Assembly: GCF_006345805.1 (NCBI RefSeq) | Contig: NW_021834563.1 | Span: 1-41,143 of the forward strand | Length of the DNA: 41,143 nucleotides | Direction of reading: 5' to 3' | Source: Octopus sinensis | Lineage: Eukaryota | Shown here: one piece after another, positions 23,835 to 36,450 of the stretch | Layout of the letters: each line of letters begins with the position of its first letter | Numbering within the stretch: position 1 is the first letter of the stretch | Made by a program: the position numbers and the translations under genes | The notes under the pieces: model-generated | Databases searched by the model: none | What the model saw: the letters and a program-made list of their open reading frames with translations, nothing else | What the model was told of the DNA's origin: nothing

Positions 23835-24243
23835 GGAGGCGCAATAGCCCGGTGGTTAGGGCAGCGGACACGCGGTCGGAGGATCGCGGTTTCGATTCCC
23901 AGACCGGGCGTTGTGTGTGTTTATCGAGCGAAAACACCTAAAGCTCCACGAGGCTCCGGCAGGGGGTGGTAACGACCCCTGTTGTACTCTTTCGCTCCAA
24001 CTTTCTCTCACTCTTTCTTCCTGTTTCTTATCCCCGACTCCCCACGCAACCGTTGAGCCTGGATGCGCATTCATCCATCAGTCGATGCTCTCGGTGTCGG
24101 GGGTTGACCTGCTTTCTCTTCTGCGAGTCTTATGAATAGCAAAGGACCACGTTTCGGACTTCTCCCACTACAGATGCGAGATCTTGCGAGCTCTGGGGCG
24201 AAGACTGCTTCGCTCAACAAACAAACAAACAAACAAACAAACA
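23835..24243 (+). mobile_element. SINE, head H3 + tail G ending in (CAAA)n
   Basis: The H3 head matches the copy starting at 13809. After CTTCCTGTTTC the sequence differs completely from tail F. Confidence 0.85.
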
Positions 24244-24873
24244 GCAACAACAACAGCTGTAATGACAGCACCGCCAGGAATACCAGCGCTTCTTTTGCCA
24301 AAATGACTCAATAGAAATGGGTAGAGCACCTTTTCGACAGTAATTTTGGTCAAAACTTCCGGAAATGCCTGGTAAAAACCAAATCTTCTCGTGTTGTCAT
24401 CAGGCAAAAAAACAAAAAAAACCCCAAAAAACAAAACAAAAAGGATCAGATCACAAAAAAGAACGGTGACCTATAGGTGCCTAAATAAGAAAACCAGACG
24501 GATCGAAAATCCGACTCCAGCGCGAACAGAAAAATGTCTGAAGGAGGTTTGGGAGTCGATTTGACACGTCAGGAGAGCGAAAGAATTTGGATCGCACGTT
24601 GTTATACACCATAGCGAAGAGGCAGCGAAAAGGATGACCCTGCACACTTGGTCACCAGGTGAACATATTTTCATCTCATCTTATTTGGGGAGGCGGATGA
24701 ATAAGTTTAGTTTTTGGAATGTACCTCCGGAGATGAACATCGAGTATTCTGGGATGATAATGGATAAGTATGACGTTATTGTGAACTTGAAATTTACCTT
24801 GAAAGAAAATTGGTCGGCGGTCCGGGTGGAAGTGGAAATGCTACTGACTGCAGAAAACTTCCATAAGATCCCC

Positions 24874-25192
24874 GAATGACCATGGGATTGCACCTAGAAA
24901 GTTACTCTCCGAGGTACAAGTTCGGGCAAGGTTGTTTATGGAAGACCAGCAGTCGCCCATGCATACCAGCCTCCCCACTCCACACCACTGATGTTATCCA
25001 ACTGAAAAGCAAAGGAACCGATACAGCTTGGTGCCAGAAATGTCACAATTCATTTCTACAGCTGAGTGAACAGGAACAACGTGAAATGAAGTGTCTTGCT
25101 CAAGAACACAATACGCAGCCCGGTCCGGGGTCAAACTCACAACCTCGCGGTCGTAAGCTCGACGCTCTAATCACTGAGCCATGCACCTTCAC
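24874..25192 (-). mobile_element. SINE, head H4 + tail I
   Basis: The H4 head (GTGAAGGTGCATGGCTCAGTG..GTGTTCTTGAGCAAGACAC) is joined to a tail ending GGTGCAATCCCATGGTCATTC. Confidence 0.8.
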
Positions 25193-25729
25193 TCTGCGGA
25201 AGTACAACCCATTAAACAGCTGTCTGCTCTCAATTAAAGAAACATAAACCACTCTTGTTGAAAACTCCAGGCCCACGTCTAGTTGAACCCCCGACATCTA
25301 AACCTCGGCAGTGGGAAAGTTTGGTCCCTGCTCCCGCTGAAGAGTAAACTTTTCTAAATGACCTGCTTCGCAGCCAAACAAGGGTTTACATTCCTCTTTC
25401 GGTCAGATTTCCCTCCCCCATCCCCTCCCCCACCAATTACTTGGAGAATGATTTTGAGGAGAAAGGTCAGGCCGAAGGATGGCAAACAGTCTCCAAAGGG
25501 GCGAACCGAAAAAGATGAGGGTTCAGATCTTCACTCCGAGAGCTTGACAAACAAAAAACCCTCATCTTCAGCCCACTTATCAACCACCTCGACAACAGCA
25601 ACAACTACAGCGACATCAACAACAGCAGCAGCAACGACGCCGACAACAACAGCAGCAGCAGCAACAACAACAATAACAACAGCAGCAGCAGCAGCAACAG
25701 CAACAAATAAACAAAGACTACGAAAACGA

Positions 25730-26125
25730 TGGATGGGATGGAAGCACTCCGTTGGTTACGACGACGAGGGTTCCGGTTGATCCGATCAACGTAACAGCAT
25801 GCTCGTGAAATTAACGTGTAAGTGGCTGAGCACTCCACAGACACGTGTACCCTTAACGTAGTTCTCGGGGATATTCAGCGTGACACAGAGAGTGACAAGG
25901 CCGGCCCTTTGAAAATACAGGTACAACAGAAACAGGAAGTAAGAGTGCGAGAAAGTTGTGGTGAAAGAGTACGGCAGGGATCACCACCATCCCCTGCCGG
26001 AGCCTCGTGGAGCTTGTTTTAGGTGTTTTCGATCAATAAACACTCACAACGCCCGGTCTGGGAATCGAAACCGCGATCCTACGACTGCGAGTCCGCTGCC
26101 CTAACCACTGGGCCATTGCCCCTCC
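25730..26125 (-). mobile_element. SINE, head H3 + tail F, with 13-bp TSD
   Basis: Near-identical to 13809-14192. Flanks ACTACGAAAACGA (25717-25729) and ACTACGACAACGA (26126-26138). Confidence 0.9.
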
Positions 26126-26580
26126 ACTACGACAACGAAACCTAAACCCGTTGAAAATTTAAGCCCCAACTCACAATGCATGCATCAGTTGTGAACAACC
26201 TCAACAGTGGCTTAATCGATTACCGGATGGAAAATAAAGTCGAAACCGAGTGGGAGGAATTTGACAATTCAGTTCTCAAAACCCCGAAAGACAGATCTTT
26301 AATTAAAACATCAGCAGACTTTTATAGGACAATTCGAGAAAAAATATCCAGCTCGCGCGGGAATTTAAAAAAAGAGTTATTGACAAAAGATTGTGAGAAG
26401 GGTTTTTCAGAAGACAGTCCAGGATACCTGGGCGTCTCAAAAATCAAGGTGAGTGATCTCTTCTGTTTTCTTTTCCGTACTGACATGTCAGATCTGACAT
26501 TGGGGTGTGTGAATGTACGTGGCCTAGGGTCAGCTTAGAAGCAAGGTCGCTTGCTCAACCACCTCAGGTCGCTGGAAGTA

Positions 26581-27840
26581 CACAAACATGCAAGAAGTAA
26601 ATAGACACCCTTAATTTTCAAAATCTTTTATTTAATACGCAAAGCGAACAATTGAAACGTAATCGATAGGTAGGACTACATACTTTGGTATTTAGTTGAC
26701 ATTGTCTTTGTAGTTTTTAATTCAGAAACTCTTTTGGCCATTGAACTGATGATCTTTGGGAATGTCTCTTGTGGAATTTCTACCCACTTTTCACGCAACA
26801 ATCGAAACAATTCATCTTTAGATTTAGGTTTCTGTCGAGTTTTTCTACTATGCACCAAAGATTTTCAATTGGGTTCATGTCAGGAGATTGGCTTGGCCAA
26901 GGAAGCTTTTTCATCCCATTTTCAGTCAGCCATTGTTGATTCTTTTTCGCTGTGTGGCATGGAGCCCATCTTCCATGAATAAAAACTCATTTTTCGTTAT
27001 GCTATCGTGTGAATACATTGGAAGTAGTCTCTGCGTAAGTATTTCGATGTATTTTTCAGCGTTTATGGTTCCAACACATTCGATCAGCTCAGAACGATAA
27101 TGGCTGGTGACAGCTCTCCATACCATTACGGAGATACTGCATTGTTTCACGGTTGGTTGGAGTCGTTTCAAATCAAATTCTTGATTGGGAAGCCTCCAGA
27201 CTCAAACACGTCCACTGTCTGGAAATAATGCAAATTTGGATTCATCTGAGAAAATCATTCTCTCCCAAAATGAACTGGATTTTTCTGACATCTTAGCACA
27301 TTTCTTTCTTTTCATGATATTAATTGGTTGAAGGAGAGGTTTTCTTCTATCTGCTCCGCCATAATACCCAAGCTTATGCAGATATGTAACACACATTCTT
27401 GAACTAAATTCTAGCTGTTTTGCAATGTCAGAAGCCTTTGAACGGGGTTCGTTTTCCACAATTCTTTTCAAACAGTGAAGTTTCCTTTCCGAGGGCCCAG
27501 GTCGGCCGAGACGAGAATCTGTTGATTCTTTTCCTTGGATTTTGAATTGCACTATAATTCTATTAACAGTAGCAAGAGGAATTTGAAGATTTTCGGCAAT
27601 TTTTCACTGGCTAAGACCAGCTTCAGGTTGCCTAACAATACAACCTCTTTCAAAATATGACAGTTCTGCTGAATTTTTTGTGCGTGGCATGGTTACCCTT
27701 CACAAATGTTTAATATAATGGCACCTGGAATGAAAAAGAATAATTACATTGTAAATTCTACACCGCTGAAAACATATTAAGACGCTTAGATTAGAAATAT
27801 TGAAAATTAAAGGTGTCTGTTTACTTCCTGCATACCTGTG
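26581..27840 (-). mobile_element. Full-length Tc1 (DD34E-type) transposon, 1260 bp, TA TSD
   Basis: TA at 26579-26580 and 27841-27842. TIRs CACAAACATGCAAGAAGTAAATAGACACCCTTAATTTTCAA vs CACAGGTATGCAGGAAGTAAACAGACACCTTTAATTTTCAA (35/41 identical). Confidence 0.93.
26676..27690 (-). pseudogene. Frameshifted Tc1 transposase
   Basis: MPRTKNSAELS...GRP...RRKPLL...FSDESKF...VMVW...FMEDG...WPSQSPDMNPIENLW...STKY. Confidence 0.92.
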
Positions 27841-28755
27841 TAGATATTGCTGCAATTAGTGAGACAACGATTTCTAATGCGCAAGCACTAGCGCCCATTT
27901 TTGATGGCTATGAGATATTCTCATGTTGTAGTTTGTCGGGAGCGGGCGGCGAGGTAGTAGTGCTATTCCGAAAATCCCTATCTCAGGGGACACGCTACCG
28001 GTTCAAGATAAAATTTACAGGTACGGATGTGCTGTCAGTCGGTTTTGTCCGAGGTACGTGCGGAGTGACGAAACCGTTCTGAACGTTCACGTTCAGTGCC
28101 CGGGCATTGCTGACTTGTGGTGTTATGTCGAACAGCTGCTGTCACTTGTGGGACATATCCGTCTATCGTCCGAATCTATAGTGATGATTGCCCTGCCGGC
28201 CTCTTTTAATCGGGCAGACAAGGCAGTGTTTTCTTTTGCCTGGTGGCTGTGGCGAAAGAGGTTGTCTGGTAGACGAGGCTAAAAGGCGTGAGGACAGATA
28301 ATACATCGGTCTTTGGTAGAGCTCTCATTGATTTCTTCAAGATTCACTTGAAAAGGAAACTGAAAGTGGAGAGGGAAGTGCTGTCCTCGAGTGAGTCAAA
28401 GTTGCGTAAATGGCACCTCTCTAAGTGTAGACCTGTGAGTCGGAGAAAGAGAATTGGAGATGGCATTTGCCCTTGGTGTTCAAGGAGATCTCGGACAACG
28501 GGGTTCCTCGATTATCGCTAGAGGTCAACCCGTAGCAGGAGGAGTACATCTCTATAATCCCCCCCCCCACTTATTTCTCACTTTTTAAAATCCTTTGAAT
28601 ACTAAGTACATTTCCATTCCTTTTCATTGTATACCGTGTATACTTACGCCATTTTTTATTTTGCCTATTTATTTTACCATTTCATTATATGTGAACCCTC
28701 ACATTTTATGTATGTTTTGTATTGATCCCTTCATCCTTCGCCCTGCTGGCATAGG

Positions 28756-28819
<64 letters not shown>

Positions 28820-28859
28820 TATTATTATTGCTATTATTAGTGTTAATAAATATAAACTA

Positions 28860-30618
28860 GAAGAGTACCATAGTTATCATATGAAATTATTTATTGCCTT
28901 TGCACAGCTTCTAACGCTGGAGATGTACTACGGTGCCTGCTGTTCACTGTATCAGTGAACTAAGGTAACACCTCTTATTTTTCAGGCACCGTCCGGAGTA
29001 TTCGAACCGCTCCAAGCAGTGCTGTTTTCTGCAAGTGCTCCACCCTTATTGCAGCTCCTATCTGTTCGACGTACTTCTCGAGATTTTTGCTCACTGTTCC
29101 CCGGGCTCCGACAATTATTGGTACTACTGCTACCTTTTTCATTGACCACAACTGCTTAACTTCCCAAGCTAACCTGTCATATCTCTCGACTTTTCTTTCT
29201 TCCTTATTGCATACTTTGTTGTCAGCTGGGCATGCTATATCTATGATCCAGCATCATTTGCTTTCTTTCTCAATTAATACTATGTCTGGTTTCCTATTCT
29301 CTATCTCATGGCCGCACTTAAACATAAAATCCCATAGGATCTTTGCATTATCATTTTCGATGATGACTTCAGGTTTATGTTCATACCACTTTTTTGTTGC
29401 CAAGTCCATACTTGTTGCAAAGTGTCCTTGTTATATTGTCATGACGCCTCGTATATTCTTTCTGGGTTGGTGGCGTACACTGACTGGTAATATGCAATAC
29501 GGTTTCACCATTTTGCTCACAAATTCTGCACTTGTCACTTTCTGATTTGTTGTCTATTCTGTATTTGATGTAATTGGTTCTTAATGCTTGCTCTTGGGCA
29601 GCACAGATTACAGCCTCCGTTTCCAGTTTTAAATCACTTTTAGTCATCCATAGCATCTTTTTCACTGTCTTATCTTCAACAACCCTATGAAATTGTCCAT
29701 ACAGACAGACTGTATCACTTGTTGGGTGGAGTATACCATATCTAGTCAGCAACTTGCTTGTCTCCTTGTCTAAGCTGTTTAATTCGTCTTCTGTCCATGC
29801 GATTACCACTGTTCTATATTTAAGGAGTGAAACAGCCCAGGTATTGATAGCTTCAATCTTATTCCATACGTTTAATTTCGACTTAAGGATCAGTTTCAGT
29901 CTGTGCAAGTACTCCACCTTGAATTTTTCTTTTATTTCTTTCTCCATCGATTTATCCGTTTCCAATATCCTCAAGTACTTAGAGCCCGTCTCTGCTACCT
30001 ACTTCATAACCTCCCCCGACGGTATCTTTAGCCCGTCTATACATTTGATTTTGCCTCTCTTCAAGACTAACACACCACACTTTTTCACTCCGAACTCCAT
30101 TCTGATATCAGCACTGAAGGTATACAACGTATCAACGAACGAAGTGAATTAGGATTCATCTATACCATAAAGTTTGAGGTCATCCATGAATAACGAGTGG
30201 TTGATTTTTGTTGGCGGCTTTTGAATACATAACCAGCTTTTGCTTTCCTCAGAATCAGTGTTAGTGGTATCATGCACAGTAAAAAGATCAGTGGGGACAG
30301 GCAGTCCCCATTGAAGATGCCTCTCCTGGCTTCGATTGTCCCTACACCACTTCCATATGCTGTCAGTTCTGTCCTCCAATTCGCCATCCTTTTTCCAAGC
30401 AATCGCTCAACATTCGACGCAATACCAAATAGGTTCATACATTCCATAATCCAAGAATGTGGGATCATATCCTACGCCTTACGATAATCGATCCATGACA
30501 TGGTTAAGTTAGTTTTCTTCCTCCTGCAGTCTCTAAGTACAGTTTTGTCTACCAGGAGTTGATCCTTGGTACCTCTGCACTTACGCTTGCAACCCTTCTG
30601 CTCATGTGGCAAGAACCC
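28860..30618 (-). mobile_element. Dong/R4-clade LINE, 5'-truncated (RT, CCHC, RLE) with internal deletion
   Basis: [68 protein letters not shown] and KPDIV..IIDIACP motifs. The 5' junction lies in (TAA)n 30619-30690. Confidence 0.93.
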
Positions 30619-30637
30619 ATTATTATTATTATTATCA

Positions 30638-30685
<48 letters not shown>

Positions 30686-30731
30686 CATTATCATTCTTCT
30701 CCTTCTTCTTCTTCTCCTCCTCCTCCTCCTC

Positions 30732-30762
<31 letters not shown>

Positions 30763-30879
30763 GTTTATAATAAGTTTATAATAAGTTTATAACAATGGCG
30801 TCCACAATATTTTCAAACCACATTTACGTTCATTGGTGTTTTCGCATTTTGACATCGATAATGACCAATTGTAACAACA

Positions 30880-31180
30880 TAGTGATTGATAATACGGAAG
30901 TTTACTTTGAATCAATTTCGTTTTCTAGATTTTTCTCCGATCCCTCCTTCCAGGAAGCGATCCACATCGGTTTCGGACCTAACAAGCTGATTTACTTTGC
31001 TTTAACCATACACACTAACACTTTCGCCATTTTCCTATATTTCTAACGGATATCCACGCAATATTTCCATCTGGAATGCCAGCAGGTCAGTTTTGTCCAG
31101 CTAAACCTCATATCTCAATTTGCCAAAACTGTTTGTCATAGTTTGGAGAGTGCTAACACCATAACACGTATCGGAACCTC
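30880..31180 (-). mobile_element. Possible degenerate RTE-clade LINE ORF2 3' fragment
   Basis: Minus-strand YGVSTL..., LLAFQMEILR and FLEGGIGEKSRKR resemble RTE YG.E.W / L.AFEM..LR / LEG.IEGKR.RGR motifs. Confidence 0.4.
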
Positions 31181-31332
31181 TACTACGCACAGCTATTATC
31201 ATAAACGCAGCTTTCAGTGTAAATCAACATGCAAACCGACAATGTTTCATTTTATGCTTGATTGCAAATGATAGCCAGGCAGATCCATCAATTCATACAG
31301 ATATTCATAGAAACTTGTGCAGAGATCTACGA

Positions 31333-31337
<5 letters not shown>

Positions 31338-31386
<49 letters not shown>

Positions 31387-31411
31387 ATCCCTATCTATCT
31401 ATCTATCTATC

Positions 31412-31470
<59 letters not shown>
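31338..31470. repeat. (CT)n + (CTAT)n compound microsatellite
   Basis: Direct reading. Confidence 0.95.
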
Positions 31471-31471
<1 letters not shown>

Positions 31472-31576
31472 GTTTGTCTGTCTGTCTTTCTGTCTGTCTC
31501 TCTATATCTCTATCCATCTCTCTCACCCTTCTCATCCTGTCTCTATCTATCTATAGACACACACACACACACACAC

Positions 31577-31618
<42 letters not shown>

Positions 31619-31922
31619 ATATAACTATAACCAGACCCTAAAGCTACATTAAATGTTCATATAGCATTAGGAGAGTAGACAGAGAGACAAAATAAACTAG
31701 CAAAAGCATTTTACTGGATAATTCCAGTCGTGTATATATGTATGTATAGGCGTTCTTATATGTAAGTATAACACATATTGTATGTATATATATATATTAT
31801 ATATATATATATTATATATATATATATATATATGTATTTATGTGTTATCTGGTATATTCCACTGAGAAGGCAGACCATCTCTTATGCAAAGCCAAAAATC
31901 CAGGATCTTGAATTATATATAT

Positions 31923-32320
31923 ATGGCTGTGTGGTAACAAGCTTGCTTCCCAACCACATGGTTCCGAGTTCAGTCCCACTGCGTGGCAACTTGGGCCGAC
32001 CAAAGCCTTGTGAGTGGATTTGGTAGACGGAAACTGAAAGAAGCCTATCATATATATATATATATGTATGTATGTATGTATGTGTATGTGTGTGTGTGTG
32101 CCTGTGTTTGTACCCGCACCATCGCTTGATAACCAGTGTTGCTAAGTTTACGTCCCCCTAACTTAGCAGTTCGGCAAAAAGTGTGCGATAGAATAAGTAC
32201 TAGGCTTATAAAGAATAAGTCCTGGTGTCGATTTGTTCGACTAAAGGCAGTGCTCCAGCATGGCCACAGTCAAATAACTGAAAGAAATAAAAGAATAAAA
32301 GAATAAAAGAATAAAAGAAC
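31923..32320 (+). mobile_element. SINE family A (small internal deletion)
   Basis: Head, internal microsatellite and (AATAAAAG)n tail. Confidence 0.88.
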
Positions 32321-32325
32321 ATATA

Positions 32326-33176
32326 CGGTGAATAAATTGTTGTCTAAATTACAAAAAAAAAATGAAAATAACACTGACATCTCATTTTAACAGATTTTAC
32401 CAAAATTACATAAAAATATCTTGAAATACTTAAAAGTAAATTTATTCAGTAAAATCGCCATTGGCTTCCACCTCGGCCTCCAGACGACTTCGGAATCTCC
32501 TGCAACTCTTAAGTTGGTCAATGCTGCCATAATCCAACATCTTTGGTGTTGCAAGTAGTTTTGTTGGTTTCTCACTCAACCGTGCCCCACTCATAATAAT
32601 CAAAGGCGGTTGCGGTCTGGGGAGTTACGTTGTCAGATGTTAAGGGTGATGTGGTCGCAGAAATTGTCTGACAGCCATGACTGGGTTCACCTGCTTTTGT
32701 GGCATGGCGCAAAGCCCTGTTGCCACCCACAAGGTCTTCCAGCAGCAACCTTCTTGACCCAGGCCAGCACTACCTCCTCCAGGCACTTGATGTAGGCCTC
32801 CGTGTTGAGTCTGAGGCTGTGTGGGAAGATGAATGGAAGCATAACGTCGCCATTACTAGTGATCATCCAAACACCATGATGTTAACTGGCTGTTTGATTT
32901 TTATAACTCTCGGAACATGTCCTCAGATTGCACGGTCCTCAGATTGACACCCAAACAATGAAATATTTATTTTGGAGCTTGCAGCACAAATGCCAAGCAG
33001 TACAGCATGTCGTTTCCAAATTTCTGACGGAGTTAATTGTGTCATGATGCTGTTTTTCTCACAAACGGTGCCCAGCTGACCCTACCATACTATGTAGTCG
33101 ACAAAATGAAAAGCAAAGAAAGCGCATGCACGAAATAAGAAATATAAAATGGCGACAATTTACTCATCACACCCTG
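32326..33176 (-). mobile_element. Internally deleted maT/DD37D-type Tc1-mariner element
   Basis: TA-CAGGGTGTGATGAGTAAATTGTCGCC end at 33176 and a degenerate copy at 32326. Transposase remnants MTQLTPSEIWKRHAVLLG, PVNIMVF, NGDVMLPFIFP, WQQGFAPCH and NSPD..FDYYEWG. Confidence 0.8.
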
Positions 33177-33239
33177 TATGTGTGTCTGTATATACACATA
33201 TATATATACACGCACACATGTATATATATATATATATAT

Positions 33240-33975
33240 ATCTGTATATCTATAAATGGCAGGATGTGTGTGTATGTGTGTACGTTAATGTAATTTATGC
33301 ACGCCCACAAATTAGCACGCATCTCGCTCCAATTTTAGGAGGACATTCGTCACGATCCTAGCTGGGTTTTGTTAACTTAATTTTCCCGAGGCACCCACCG
33401 ATAGCGGTAAAAATTGATTTTTAACCATAGGTTTTACCAATTCCGAAGTTTGTTAACATGAGTTAAGTTCCCTTTTTGCCATAGCGGAGTGAATGTGTGT
33501 GTGTGTGTGAGAGAGAGAGAAAGAGAAGTTGTGTGTTGATGTATGTGTGTGTGTGTGTGAGGGGGAAGGAGTGATAGCGTTCATCAAAAATAAAAATGCA
33601 AAATTTGTTTTCTTAAACACGAGATATAGTCTTCAAATTTAGGATGTTTTTAAAAGACACTATATTTTATAATCAGGTTATATATACTTTCTCACACAAT
33701 AATTAAGATATATTAATTTTAAATCACTTATTTATCTCTTTATCTATAAAAGGCAGGATGTGTGTGAGTGTGTGTATGTGTACGTGAATGTAATTTATGC
33801 ACGTCCACAAATTAGCACGCATGTCGCTCCAATTTTAGGACATTGGTCACGATCATGGCTGTGTTTTTGTCAACTTATGTTTCCCGAGGCACCCGTGGAT
33901 AGTGGTAAAAAGCGATTTTCAACCATAACTTTTACCAATTTCCACGTTGGTAAGTTTGCTAATATGAGTCAAGTT
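33240..33975 (+). repeat. Direct duplication of about 240 bp with Helitron-like 5' end (33240-33480; 33735-33975)
   Basis: Both copies read TCTATAAA(T/A)GGCAGGATGTGTG...GTAATTTATGCACG.CCACAAATTAGCACGCAT...TTCCCGAGGCACCC. Confidence 0.8.
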
Positions 33976-34007
33976 GCTAAATCCGTAAGTTTGCTAATAT
34001 GGTTTAC

Positions 34008-34219
34008 TCTCTCTTTTACTCTTTTACTTGTTTCAGTCATTTGACTGCGGCCATGCTGGAGCACCGCCTTTAGTCGATCAAATCGACCCCGGGACTTATT
34101 CTTTGTAAGCCCAGTACTTATTCTATCTGTCTCTTTTGCCGAACCGCTAAGTGACGGGGACGTAAACACACCAGCATCGGTTGTCAAGCAATGCTAGGGG
34201 GACAAACACAGACACACAA

Positions 34220-34254
<35 letters not shown>

Positions 34255-34420
34255 CATATATATGGTGGGCTTCTTTCAGTTTCCGTCTACCAAATCCACT
34301 CACAAGGCATTGGTCGGCCCGGGGCTATAGCAGAAGACACTTGCCCAAGATGCCACGCAGTGGGACTGAACCCGGAACCAAGTGGTTGGTAAGCAAGCTA
34401 CTTACTACACAGCCACATCT
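34008..34420 (-). mobile_element. SINE family A, young subfamily
   Basis: Full body with short internal (CA)(TA). Confidence 0.9.
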
Positions 34421-34508
34421 CTTAAATGTGGAACTCTATTATCTCATAAGGGATTGTTAATTATTTCACACAACCAATAGGTCCATATGACTTTCTATTA
34501 TTGTAGTT

Positions 34509-34831
34509 GATGGCAGTGGTGGTAGTGGTGGTGGTGGTGGTGATGATGACGATTATGATGACGACGATGTTGATGATGTTGATGACGATTTTGGCGATGA
34601 TGACGACAACAACGAAGACGACGACGTGGTCGATGACAATGAAGTTGGTGATGATCATGATGATGATAACGACGACGACGACGACGATGATGATGATAAT
34701 GATATCAACGACAAGGTCGACGACAATGATGATGAGATTCTTGTTGTTGTTGTTGATAATGATGATGATGATGATGATGATGTTGATGATGATGATGATG
34801 TTGATGATGATGATGATGATAGTGATGATAG

Positions 34832-34895
<64 letters not shown>

Positions 34896-34905
34896 TTGAT
34901 GATGT

Positions 34906-34938
<33 letters not shown>

Positions 34939-34949
34939 GATGATGATGT

Positions 34950-34995
<46 letters not shown>

Positions 34996-35018
34996 AATGA
35001 TGATGATGATGATGATGT

Positions 35019-35057
<39 letters not shown>

Positions 35058-35086
35058 CGATGGTGATGAGATTCTTGTTGTTGATA

Positions 35087-35121
<35 letters not shown>

Positions 35122-35135
35122 AATGATGATGATAG

Positions 35136-35187
<52 letters not shown>

Positions 35188-35213
35188 GATGGTGATGATG
35201 ATGACGATGACAT
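34509..35213. repeat. Imperfect (GAT)n array of about 700 bp
   Basis: Direct reading; the source of the poly-S/H/I/D/M ORFs. Confidence 0.97.
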
Positions 35214-35359
35214 TGAATCCATTTTAAACCGATTCATTTTAATCTGTTAAATTTATGATTCCTGCTTATGTACGACATCCTTCATTAATCATCTACAAAT
35301 GCAGTTAAGAGTATTTCAAGAAAGAAATCCTACCAGGTGTCGCAGGCGTCGCAGGTGTC

Positions 35360-35930
35360 GCAAGTGTCACTGTGTGGTAAGAATCTTGCTTCTCAACCTC
35401 ATGATTCCGAGTTCAGTCCCACAGCGTCACACATTGGTCAGGTGTCTTCCACTGTAGCCTCAAGCCGACAAAGTCTTGCGAGTGGATTTGGCAGATGGAA
35501 ACTGAAAGAAGCTCTTTGCAGGAGATATTGAGTTAAAGCAAGTGGATACAATTTTAAAAGTTTAATGTTTATATCAGAACTGGTTGTGTGGTAAGAAGCT
35601 AGCTTTCCAACCACATGGTTCCGGGTTCGGTCCAGCTGCGTGGTACCTTGGGCAAGTGTTTTCTGCCTCGAGCCGACCAGATATTTGTACTTATGTGTGT
35701 GTATATGTGTGTGTGCGCGTGTGCTTGTGTCTGTGCTTATCCCCTATCACTGCTCGACAACCGATGTTGGTGTGTTTATGTCATCGCAAGAGCCGTTCGA
35801 CAAAAGAGACAGAATAAGTACTAAGCTTTAAAAAAAGTACTAGGGTTAATTCGTTCGACTAAAATTCTTCAAGGTTGTGCCCCAGCATGGCCGCAGTCCA
35901 ATGACTGAAACAATGAAAAGAATAAAAAGA
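35360..35930 (+). mobile_element. Two SINE family A copies (head only 35360-35520; diverged full 35583-35930)
   Basis: Family-A head and body motifs. Confidence 0.8.
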
Positions 35931-36086
35931 TGTAAAGATACATGCGTGAAACCTGTGAACCTTGAATAATAATACATAGAAAATTATTTAAACCTCTTTA
36001 TATATATATATATATATATATTTTCCCTCTTAGCGTGTGCATGTATGGATAATAAATAATAATGCCCTCTATATATAAACTTATAT

Positions 36087-36124
<38 letters not shown>

Positions 36125-36149
36125 CATTATATATATATATATATATTTT

Positions 36150-36400
36150 CTTTTCTTGTATTCTTTTACTTGTTTCAGTCAATTGACTGTGGCCATGCTG
36201 GAGCACTGCCTTTAGTCGAGCAAATCGACCACAGGAGTTATTCTTTGGAAGCCTAGTACTAATTATATCGAACCGCTAAGTTACGGGGACTTAAACTCAC
36301 CTCCATCGGTTGTCAAGCGATGTTGGGGGTACAAACACAGGCACACAATCATATATATATATACAAACACACAATCATACATATATATACAAACACACAA
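36150..36400 (-). mobile_element. SINE family A 3' half
   Basis: TTTTACTTGTTTCAGTCAATTGACTGTGGCCATGCTGGAGCAC... Confidence 0.85.
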
Positions 36401-36450
36401 ACGCGCGCACACACACACACATACACACACACACAGACACACACATATAT

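Larger units (their letters stand above)
23540..28758 (+). mobile_element. Tx1/L1-like LINE fossil: ORF1 remnants, APE endonuclease N-terminus and ORF2 C-terminus, RT deleted; interrupted by 3 SINEs and a Tc1
   Basis: ORF1-like text at 24520-24875 (..FWNVPPEM..) and GWQTVSKGANRKR at about 25470. Endonuclease MSDLTLGCVNVRGL...LEV|DIAAISET. C-terminal PVQDKIYRYG..FCPR..DETVLNVH.QC..DLW (mutated zinc-knuckle region). The 5' boundary is uncertain. Confidence 0.75.

Noticed and set aside
23207-23972. ORFs of 163-195 aa around 23.2-24.0 kb
   Set aside because: They are dominated by (GA)n, (CAA)n and (CAG)n repeats and a SINE head, with no recognisable domain.
34461-35237. 258-aa Ser/His/Ile-rich ORF and poly-Asp/poly-Met ORFs
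   Set aside because: Entirely (GAT)n-derived, with no non-repetitive domain or splice evidence.
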